DNA of 64,000 nt. It comes from Caecitellus pseudoparvulus (Eukaryota > Protista > Bigyra: Bicosoecida). The first letter of the stretch is position 1, and each line of letters begins with the position of its first letter. Below are positions 44,448 through 54,000 of the stretch, piece after piece. Below the pieces are notes generated by a model. It was not told the DNA's origin. It saw nothing but the letters and a program-made list of their open reading frames with translations, and did not search any database. The stretch is from positions 496,087 to 560,086 of the forward strand of contig CBFFRQ010000062.1 in the NCBI GenBank assembly GCA_965644315.1, in the 5' to 3' direction. A program made the position numbers and the translations under genes.

Positions 44448-45482
44448 ATGGCAGCAGCACCTCAACAGGGTGGCACCCAGCTGCGCTCTGCCGACCAAGG
44501 CGTCGGCATCCTGGCATGGTGCGCCGCGAAGCCTTGGCCCGTGCGGATTTCCGCGCAAAGCACGGCCGCCTCCGCCACGCCCCCTGCACAGCCTGGGGCG
44601 CCAGAGCCTGGACACCATCGTGAACATCATGCGCTTCATCAACTTGTGCAACGCTGCACTGCTCATGGCGTCCTGCATCTTCTCCTTCCAAGTGGTGGGC
44701 GGCAGCGTCACCCGCATCTTCCTGGCGCTGTACATTGGGTGCGTTGGGCTGGCCTGGCGAGAGCGCTGCTCACGCACACCCGCGGCACCCGCCCTCGGCG
44801 CAGGATTTTCGCGGCGATGCTGGGCATCTTCGAGCTGCGTGTGCCGTGGACGGCGCCCTTCATCAAGCGCCTCTTCGGCTTCATGTTCACGTTCTGGGGC
44901 CGCACCATCTTCCTCATCTTCTGCGGCGCTCTGAACTTTGGCATCCTGGACCCCGACAACACGGACACGCTGGGCGCCAAGCTGGCCATTTCTGCCGGCG
45001 TCATCACCCTCGCCAACGCCGTCTTCAACTGCGTCGTGCTGTGCTCCCACCCCGCCTTCCGTGGCGACACCACCGCCGCCGAGCGGCCCGACCAGCTGTC
45101 TGAGGAGCAGGTCAAGATGTACCTGGCCAGCCACCCCGAGCTCATGCACAGCGCAGCACAGGGCATGAGCACGGAACAGGCCCAGCCCGCGCCGGCAGCT
45201 CGCCCAGACTTCGGCGCTGACAGGGCAGCGGCCGGCGGCTCCAGCTACACCCCGCCAGCGGTGACCTCCACGCCTGCTGGCAAGAACTCCCCCACACCCT
45301 TTGCTGGCATGATCACCAGCGAGCCAGCCCCAGCGCCGCCTGCACCGACGCCGGCGCCAACGCCGGCGCCGGTCCCAGCCCCAGCACCGGCACCCACCCC
45401 GGCCCCAGCTCCAGCCCCGGCTCCAGCGCCGGCACCTGCAGAGGACAACCCCTTTGCCTCAGACGACAACCCCTTTGCCTGA
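44448..45482 (+). CDS. COPI-associated/TVP15-like Golgi membrane protein with Pro-Ala tail and two NPF motifs
   Basis: MRFINLCNAALL, IFLALYI, LFGFMFTFWGRTIFLIFCG and HPAF across spliced exons. Confidence 0.75.
   Translation: MAAAPQQGGTQLRSADQGVGILAWCAAKPWPVRISAQSTAASATPPAQPGAPEPGHHREHHALHQLVQRCTAHGVLHLLLPSGGRQRHPHLPGAVHWVRWAGLARALLTHTRGTRPRRRIFAAMLGIFELRVPWTAPFIKRLFGFMFTFWGRTIFLIFCGALNFGILDPDNTDTLGAKLAISAGVITLANAVFNCVVLCSHPAFRGDTTAAERPDQLSEEQVKMYLASHPELMHSAAQGMSTEQAQPAPAARPDFGADRAAAGGSSYTPPAVTSTPAGKNSPTPFAGMITSEPAPAPPAPTPAPTPAPVPAPAPAPTPAPAPAPAPAPAPAEDNPFASDDNPFA
45322..45482 (+). repeat. Coding (Pro-Ala/Thr)n hexanucleotide repeat plus a 21-nt tandem duplication (EDNPFAS/DDNPFA-stop)
   Basis: CCRGCN/CCNACN units; GAGGACAACCCCTTTGCCTCA followed by GACGACAACCCCTTTGCCTGA. 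Confidence 0.9.
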
Positions 45483-45512
45483 GGGAAACCAATGCATTGC
45501 GAACTCGACTGT

Positions 45513-48500
45513 TCACTGCACGCGGGACCCCCGCAGCCCGATGACGAGCTTGGCGGACTTGTCAGCAGAGCCTGGCACACTGGTTGACCGCACCACCAGC
45601 TCTCGCAGTCTGCCCAGCGCCACTGACACGTGGCCTTTCTCCACCTCATCCACGCACACGTGGTAGCACTGGTCCAGCACAGTGGCCAGCCGCCCTGCCA
45701 CACGCAGCACCTCCTCATCTCCCAGGCGAGCGTCAGGAATGGCACCCACAGCGCGCCACAGTACGTGCGCGGCAGTGCGGCGGAACAGCGGCAGGTGTTC
45801 GCGCTCAGCTGCCGCCATGGCAGGAGAGGGCCACTTGACCCCACGCAGGAGCAAGGCGGCAGCCACCTCCACCACCTCAGCCACGCAGGGCATGGTGCAG
45901 CTGGCGTGGGGACAGGCGCCAGCCAACGCCTCCACAGCACGCCCCGTCACGGACAGGTACCCTGCGCGGGCTTCTAGCTCCCGCACGGCGCCGTCGTCTC
46001 CCTCTTCCAGGCGCCCCTGCACATGTGCCACCCGAACAGGTAGGGGCTGCGTGGCCCGGCGCAGAAGCACGGCAATTGCTGCGGGAGCCAGGCTGGCGAG
46101 CGCGACGCCTGCGGCCGGCAGCGCTTGGTCCAGCGCCTCCACTTCCTTCAGAGCTCGGGAGCTGGTGAGGGGTTGCCGCTGCAGGGATGCCAGCATAAAC
46201 TGCAGCGTGGTGTCTGCGTCGGCGGCCGTGCACGTGGCCAGCACGTGCTGTGCGGCACTGTACACGAAGCTGTCGCCGTTTCCGAGCTGGGCGTGTGCCA
46301 GCGCGGCAATGTGTTGCACGAGGCCCGCAGCACGAACCTGGGCAGGGCATTCTTCCAGCATGTTCGCAAGGTCAGCCAGGGCACCGCCACGGAACGCCGC
46401 TTCTCGCTCCAGCAGCATGGTGCTGTTGGTGTGCACGCGAGCACGCAGCGCGTCCAGCGCCTCTGCCTCTGCCTCGCCCGCACCCCCCTCGCCATCCCGA
46501 CCAAGGGACAGCACGCTTGTGAACAGTGCAGCTGACATTTCTTGAACATGTGCCGCCGGGTACTGGCGCAGGGCGGCCAGTGCAGGCAGTGTGCTGCGCA
46601 GTTGGCGCACGTCTGCCGCCTGGGTGGCCGAAATGCCGCCCGCCAGCATGGCTGTCAACAGCCCCAGGCACAGCGTCAGAAGCTCCTCGGCGTCCTCCCC
46701 CCCATCACTGGCGTCCCCTTGATGGGGAGCCAGGTCAAGTGCGCCTTGCAGCAACGTGCGGATGGCAGCCACAGTGACAGCTGCAGAGCGCAGGATGAGT
46801 GGACCGGCCTGCTCAGTGAGCAGCAACAGGCCGCGAAGCAGTGCCTGTGTCGATTGCAGGCTGCGCTGCCCTGGGTGCGGGGTGGCCGTGCGCCGTGTGG
46901 TCGACCGGGCGACCATGAGGGGTGTGCCACCATCGTCGCAGCCGCCGACCACCTCCTCTGCGCCTGGCAGTGCCGTGTGCAGGTCGCCACCACCGGCGAT
47001 GGCGCTTGCCACGGCGCGCCGAACGTCCACATACTCCCGCAGCAAATCGTTGAACACCTCAGCCGCCAAGTGTTCGTTCTGTGATGAAGACTTGCAGACG
47101 CTCGGCAAGATGGCGACGAGTGGGTGTTGTTCCCCGTGAGACGGCGCAGAGCGCAGTGCGCCAGCTGACACGAACACGCCGCCTTGCCCCTCGCCTTCCG
47201 GGCTGCCGAACACCAGGCGGCTGCCGGGCTTGGAGGCACAGCGAGGAAGCCAGGCAGCTGTGTCCTGGAACGCCTGCCCTGTCAGCCCGAACACCAGCAC
47301 TGCACGGGCGGCGGGAGCTGGTGCGTTTCGCAAGAAGGCAGTCAGCAGCTCCGCGAGCGCGCTCGTCGCTGAAACGCCCCGCGCGGACACGTGTGCCAAG
47401 GCGAGGGTCCAGCCTGCTGCAGCATGTGTCAATGTACCCCACACTTCTGGAGTCACAACACCTGCCATGAGGATGCGATGGCATGTTTCTGCGCTCAGCA
47501 GCAGTTCCGTCTGCGGCGCAGCGCTGTCTGCCGCGTCGATGGTGAACCGAAACATCCACTCCCAGGGGGCCAGCAGAGGGCTAAAAAATGCCTGTGTAAC
47601 GGCTTTCCAATGTGGCTTGCGCTGACATGCAGCCAGGTCTGAGGCGTGTGAGGCAGCGTGTTTGGCGGCGAGGGCTCGCCAAACTCGCAGCATGGTTTGG
47701 GCAGCGGCGTGCTGCACTGCATCAAAGTCCCCGCCCTTCAGCTGCACGAGGGAAATCAAATCAGCAGCCACAAGGGGCAGGGCCGTGGGTGGAAGTGTAC
47801 TGGCGAGCAGCAGCGGTGTCACGCGGCGCACAACCCCCTCGCAATCGTGAGTCTGCACCCCCCGCACCAGGTACTGCAGCACAGCGGAGCACCCGCCCTT
47901 CTCACACATGGCCAGCGTGAGCTGGCCCCCGACGTACGCCACCATGGTCTGTGGAGGAGGTGTGTGCCCGCCACCGGCGCCTCGTAGGGCTTGAAACAGG
48001 GCTGGCACGCGCACATGCAGGGGCAGCGCCGGTAGAGGAGGCAGGGGCGGTTGGAGCAGGAGAGGCGAGGCAGCTGCCAGGTGAGCGAAGCAGGCATCTT
48101 GGACGCGGTCTGGGACCCCCTCGGCAACGCAGCCAGCGCGCAGGGTGTCCAGGAAACTGCACGCCTCTGCCTTGGGCGGCAGCGCTGCAGCTGCGATGGC
48201 TCGCGTTGCGCCAGCCAGGCGTGCCAGAGACGGCCTTGCCCCTGGTGGAGCAAGCACACCTGCTGGCAGGTGCGGCAGCAGGTAGTACGCTGTGCAGGTG
48301 TCCAACAAAGCCATCAGGGTGCCAATCAGTGTCACAGAGACTGTTCCTGGCGCCTCGGCGGGGTCTGGCTTGGCCAGCGTGTGCAGGAGAGCCTGCCCCA
48401 GCAGCTCCGCAGCCTGCAGCAGGAAGGGAGCTTCTTCTCCCTCAGGAACTGGTTTGGCCCCTTTTTTGATCCAAGATCGGGCGGCCCTCATCCATTGGGG

Positions 48501-48539
48501 CACGTCACTGCCCGCCTGCAGGGCCGCGCCCGCCTGCAT
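45513..48539 (-). CDS. TANGO6: TANGO6/Rtp1-like HEAT-repeat protein
   Basis: ~1000-aa helical ORF with LTLCLGLLTAML, AAFRGGALADL and LGNGDSFVYSAAQHVL (RTP1 C-terminal-like DS[FY]VY motif). Confidence 0.65.
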   Translation of the reverse strand: MQAGAALQAGSDVPQWMRAARSWIKKGAKPVPEGEEAPFLLQAAELLGQALLHTLAKPDPAEAPGTVSVTLIGTLMALLDTCTAYYLLPHLPAGVLAPPGARPSLARLAGATRAIAAAALPPKAEACSFLDTLRAGCVAEGVPDRVQDACFAHLAAASPLLLQPPLPPLPALPLHVRVPALFQALRGAGGGHTPPPQTMVAYVGGQLTLAMCEKGGCSAVLQYLVRGVQTHDCEGVVRRVTPLLLASTLPPTALPLVAADLISLVQLKGGDFDAVQHAAAQTMLRVWRALAAKHAASHASDLAACQRKPHWKAVTQAFFSPLLAPWEWMFRFTIDAADSAAPQTELLLSAETCHRILMAGVVTPEVWGTLTHAAAGWTLALAHVSARGVSATSALAELLTAFLRNAPAPAARAVLVFGLTGQAFQDTAAWLPRCASKPGSRLVFGSPEGEGQGGVFVSAGALRSAPSHGEQHPLVAILPSVCKSSSQNEHLAAEVFNDLLREYVDVRRAVASAIAGGGDLHTALPGAEEVVGGCDDGGTPLMVARSTTRRTATPHPGQRSLQSTQALLRGLLLLTEQAGPLILRSAAVTVAAIRTLLQGALDLAPHQGDASDGGEDAEELLTLCLGLLTAMLAGGISATQAADVRQLRSTLPALAALRQYPAAHVQEMSAALFTSVLSLGRDGEGGAGEAEAEALDALRARVHTNSTMLLEREAAFRGGALADLANMLEECPAQVRAAGLVQHIAALAHAQLGNGDSFVYSAAQHVLATCTAADADTTLQFMLASLQRQPLTSSRALKEVEALDQALPAAGVALASLAPAAIAVLLRRATQPLPVRVAHVQGRLEEGDDGAVRELEARAGYLSVTGRAVEALAGACPHASCTMPCVAEVVEVAAALLLRGVKWPSPAMAAAEREHLPLFRRTAAHVLWRAVGAIPDARLGDEEVLRVAGRLATVLDQCYHVCVDEVEKGHVSVALGRLRELVVRSTSVPGSADKSAKLVIGLRGSRVQ

Positions 48540-48978
48540 GACGGCGCAGAGTTTCGTCGTGAAACGCAAGCTGCAGCTTCTTGTCGAAGCATGAGAGTAT
48601 GGTAAAAAGCTGCACAAGTGGCGCTATGGCAGTGAATCTAAGGGACGGCTCTGAATGATCGTGGTTTCATATTTGCCCTCGCTGCGCTGCTGCAAATGGA
48701 GTGCGCGTTCTGCCGAGCTGAGGAATCAGTGCATGGGCAAGGCACAGCCCGCTGCAGTGGCTGAGCAAATCACATATCATCCAAGAACCAATTCGAAGTA
48801 AAAAAAAGATGTAGTAGGAATGCACCTGTTTTGTGCTGCAGCGTCTTCCATCATTCACACGCTTCCAGGCAGGGTCGCGGGCGGGCAGCGGTTATTGGCC
48901 CACCACGCCGACTCCCGGCTATCGCGGCTCGCAACTGAGAGGAGCAGGCGAGTGCTTGTCCACTGGAGGTACACCAGC

Positions 48979-50941
48979 ATGGCAGCTGCAGGGGAAGGTG
49001 GTGGTCCTCGTGGAACGGCTCTGCTGCGTTCTCTGCGAGGCAGTGCCCTGGCAGAGCTGGCGTCGTACTTGGACCTGCACACGTTTGTGCGCCTGGCTCG
49101 TGTGGTCAGCAAGGAGACGACGGCCGTCCTGGAAGAGTTCCGAAACGTGTGGCTCACTCGGCTGCAACTTGACTGCGGTGCGTCGTCTCTTCCCTGCGCC
49201 CCGCCGGGCCTTGGTCGGCACCCTCCCGCCCCTCTGCGCAGGGCACATCCCCCCCTCTCTGCGGGGCAGAGGACGAGGGCGAAAGGGGCGTAAACGCAAG
49301 GGCAGCGCCAGTGCCGCGGAGACTGGCCACCAAGTGGCGCAGTTGTACTGGGAACGCCTGGCAGCGCTGCTGGCTGAGCGGCAGGCGCTCGGTGCGGACT
49401 TCGACTTGGCGGTGTTTTCCTGGGCGCACCCACAATCCCTCATGCAGGGTCGGAGTTACGAGGCGGCAGCAGGCGCAACGAAGGGAAAGGCACCCCAGCC
49501 CATCTTCGGCCCAGTGCGAGGCATCCTGTCCTGCGCGCTGACGGACCAGCTGACCTGCACAGCGGGGCAGTGGCCCACAGACCCGCGTGAGCCACAGGCC
49601 ATCGCGGCGCGAGGGGCGGTGGCCACAGGCGGCTACGTGGTGCCCTTCGAGGAACGCGGGCAGGAGGCTGAGGCCATGATCGCAGGGCACCGTACAGGGG
49701 AGCGCGTCAGTCCTTGGGAGCGAGAGGCAGTGGGGCTGGCAGAGGCTGCAGGTGAGGCTGCCGCGCCGCTGCCGGCAGCTGATGCGGAGAGGGCGCTGAC
49801 GACGCACTTCACACAGGCGCGGCCGCTGGTGTACACTGAGCAGGCCACTGTCATGCTGCCTGCAGCAGGCTTGTTGTGCCAGCACAGGCAGTCGGTGCTG
49901 GGTTTCACCGCCGACCGCCTGGCCGCGCTGCTGCCTCCAGTGCGTGGGGCAGATGCCGCCGCACATGCGACCCGCCCTGCACCTGACGCACACGATGTGC
50001 AGCTGCGGGTAGTGGCGCAGCGATTTGTGGACCCCGACAAGAAGGGTGTTGCATCCCTGCAGAGCACTGGGAAGGCCACAGTGCCAGTGCTGGCCCGGCT
50101 GCTCCGAAAAGGGGAGGCGGCCCAGCCCGAAGCAACGCCTGCTGAGCTGCAGGAACTCGCCTTGAAGGCCCCTGCGCGATACAGACCTTGCGAAGATCAA
50201 CACCGCAACCGCCTTCCACCGCTTGTGTGCCACCTTCGGAGCCGAGACTTGAGTGCCAAGGCTCAAACAGGAATTCGCCAGGGCTGGCCAGCCATCGGCT
50301 GCACGGAGTGCATGACGCTGGTAATGCTGCCCCCTCTCGCCGTCGCGAAAACCCTGCACGCTCAGTGCAACCCCCTAGTCCACCTTTCCAAGCTGAACCT
50401 GGCCCTGTCCTCTGTCAGGGATGCGGAGAGCTTCTGGGCCCAGCAGCTCGCCACGCAGGCCAGCTGTGACCCAGAATTCGCCAGCAACATCCGGGGCGTC
50501 GTTACAGCAGTCAAGAACAACGCAGTGTTGCCACACTGTCTCTGGGACACGCAGTGGGAGGAGTTCCCACAGGAGCCGGGCCTTGCAGCAGGCGCTGCAG
50601 TGATGCCGCCGCTGGAGGCTCAAACGAGCACGAGCAGCGCAGTGGGCGATGGCGGGCAGTCCTCGACTGCGCTGCGCCACGCCCAGGCGGCCCAGGCGGC
50701 CATGCACAGCCTGCCTGAACAGCCATACACAAGCCCTATTTTGTACGCGCGAAATAACTTCTCAGCGTTGCCCCTGGACCAGCTGCGGGAGCTCGCAGCG
50801 TTGCAGGCGGCAGACTCTCTCGACCCCCGGCGTCCACCTGCGCTGCACCTGCCAGGCACCACCTCGGATGTGGACCCAAAGCTCAGCAAGGTCCCTACCT
50901 TCTTGTGGCAGGCAAAGATGAAGGACGACTACGATTGGTGA
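48979..50941 (+). CDS. Hypothetical protein with F-box-like N-terminus and basic NLS-like patch
   Basis: Exon 1 (LRSLRGSALAELASYLDLHTFVRLARVVSK...W) splices via 49178-49241 in frame into ORF 48833..50941 (RGRGRKGRKRK). Confidence 0.55.
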
Positions 50942-51045
50942 GGCTCCCTGCAGTGTGGATTGTAGCAGCTGCAATGCACTGGCTTACAGCTTTGTACGGG
51001 ACAGGGCTTGCAAGGTGTGCAAGCGCAGCGGTTGAAAATTGCCGT

Positions 51046-54000
51046 TTACTGTGTCCCGGCGCCCGTTGCGCTTGGGGATCCAGCCGCCAGAGCACTTTCA
51101 AGGGCTTGCGCAAGGTCTGGGGTACTGGGGACCTCCGAGCTCCAATGTGGCGGGAATGCAGGCAGGGCAGCGCGGCAGTGGATCATGGCCGCAGGCTGGA
51201 AGGAGTCAGATGCCGCGGCTACTGCCGCCGCGTCGGCTTCAGCAGCTGCGGACTCGGCGAGGCATGCGTCTTCTAACAGTTGCCGTGCGTCGTTGAAGTG
51301 GTTGACGGCGGGATTCAACTCGGCAAGCACTCCCTCCAAAATGCTGCGCTTCGCAGGGTGCCCTGGCAAGACCGAGCCCATTGCGTCTCGATACGCAACG
51401 CCGTCAAAGAAGACACCCGGCGGAAGCGGCGCGCCTTGGCTGCGCTGTGCCACAAGGCGCTGCTGCGTTGGGCGGGGAATGTCACCAATCGCCCACGTTG
51501 GCAGCGTAGCGGGCACAGCAGGAGTGGCGGCGTGGAGGGTTGACAGAAAACTGGGCAGTGCCTTGTCCACGTCCACAGGTCCAAGGCATGTGATGGCGAT
51601 GGACCCTGGCACATGGGCGCCAGATGTGCGGGGCGTGCACGCGCCTGCAGCAAAGACTACATCAGGGGCGCTGTCTGCTGGCCACAGGTGAACGCCAGCG
51701 CGAGCAGAGCCAGCCACAGCATACCACACAGGGCTGGGGGCGCCCGAGTCGGAGAAGATGAGGGGCAAGACGGCGTGGATGTGGGTGACAGGAGAGCCAA
51801 GTGGCGGTGCCTCGGTGCCAGCTGGCCACAGGCAGCGCTCAGGCGAGTCAACGCCAGGAGTGTCCACTAGCAGCGCTGACAGCGCGCGCAGTGCCCGGGT
51901 CCCGTCAAGAGGACGGTGCACACTGACTTCAAGGACAGTCACGTCCCATGCAGCGGGGCAGTCCTTGCTGTCCGGGTGGCATTCTGGCAGAGGCGTCGGC
52001 TGCTGCACTGGGACTGTTTCAGCGACATCCCTCACCCACTCCAGCGGCAGCGCCAGGTCCCAACCCTGGTGCCCGACGCTGCCATCAATGAGCCCATCCC
52101 GCGTGACCCGCTTCCCGGCAGGATGTGGAATGCTCTGCAGTCGCACGTTGGGGTTGACGTTCGCAAGCCAATCGCGGCCGAGGTCTCGCATCGTGTCCTG
52201 TTCAGCCGTCAGCCCCAAGGCAGCCTGCAGCTTCGCAGCCTTGGCTTCTGCATGCGCTTGCAACGCGACCTGTTCCTGCACCTCGCCGCTGGCTGCGGTG
52301 GCGAGGGGCAGAGATGGCGTGCTGAAAGGTGAGCCGCCGCCCGCCGCTAGCACCCGTGACAGCGCGCCAGTGCGGGGCACGGGAGGGGGCAGGGCGGCCA
52401 CTGGCTTGGGAGCAGGTGCCCTTGCAGGGGCTTTCGCGCTGGGCGGCTGCAGTATGACAGCGTGCTTGGTGGCCGGGTGACACATCCAGGAGCGCACGTC
52501 AGCGCGCACCTCCCCACCACGCGTGGATGTCCACGTGTCGGCCGGGTCCAGCACCGGGACAATGCCTTGCACGACGCACATGGCACGGCCGGGCACGGGC
52601 CATGCAGAGTCAGCGAGTGCCGCACACCGCCGTGCCGCGGGAGGGCCGCACTGCGACGCGATGATGCCTGCGACGAGGCCAGCGTCGGCTTCTGGCGGCA
52701 GCACGAGTGCGATGCGGAGGGGGCGGGGTGGATCGGCGAGTGCGATCCGGATGCCGCTAGGCTCCAAGGCGATGCGAGAGGGCGTTGCTGGCGCGTCAGG
52801 CAAGGAAAGGGCGGTGAGGGCCTGGGAGAGTGCGCTCTGCACAGCAGCTCGAGCGTGGGGCGCGGGGCCCGTTGGCCACGAAGTGCCCCTCGTCGAAACG
52901 CAGTGCTGGCCAGTCAGGGACACAGCAGGGGGCGACAGTGACACGTGGACCACTGCCCAGGCATACTGCTGGCTCGTGGCTCGTGCCATGGCAGCGGCAA
53001 CGGCGGCGGTGTTGGCAGCGTTGGGCCCCGCAAGGAGTGAGACACCCACTGGCATAAAAGACGGAAGCACCTCTGTGCTGTGGCCCGTGCTGCTGTCGTG
53101 CGAAGCGGGCGTTGCCGCGGCACACGTGACGTGTACCAGGGCCTGGCAGGCGAGAGTCCTGCTGACGCTGACAAGCGGCGACAACACCGCCCCTGTACTG
53201 GCAGCGGCGCGAGGGTCCAGCGAGGAGCCGCTCAGGAACAGAGGGGAAGCGATCCCAGAAGCTGCAGGTGCGGCAGCACCTGCGCCAGCATTTGGGGAAG
53301 CTTCACTAGCTGATCGCAGCACCAAGTCTCGAGCTTCTGCAGAGGCTGCCATGCTGGTCGTCCACGCCGGCATGCGGCCTGACAGCGCCCCTCGCACGGG
53401 GTGGCTGGCTGGGAGAACCACACACAGCACGATGGCTGCGGGAGCCGCGCCAGTGCTGCCGAGCCCCAAATCTGCCAGGTCAAACGAGTCGGGCGCAGCG
53501 GGGCCTGTGACGGCGGCAACCGCTCGTGCCAGCGCTGCACTGTGTGCGGGCAACTCAGAAAGCTGCTCGCAGGCACTGGTCAGGTCCGACTGCAGGGCGG
53601 ATGCCGTGCCGCTCGTGTGCAACTCCAACGCCAGAACAATGGGGCAGTCTGAGTCGGGGCTGTCTGGCCGGGAGGGTGGCAGACTGTTCCCTGTGCCAAG
53701 CAACACTTGCGGCAGAGTGCGGCCCGCCTCGTCAAAAGCTCGGCCGGTGGACATGTGCGAAGCCAGGCACCCTGCCACGGCGTCCACAACTCGAGCGGCG
53801 CGGCCATGAGGTGCTGCCGGTAGCCCGACCGTTGGCGATGCCGCCGCCAGCCTGGCCAGCAGCTGCCTGTGCTGCCCGGCAGGTGCCGACAGCAGCATGT
53901 GCGACAGGTTGCGTCTGGCCGGTGCTAGGTCTGCGACGCTCAGCATGCGTGCGCCAGTGACATGCCTCTGCATGGACAGCGGCAAGATGCCGAGGGCTGG

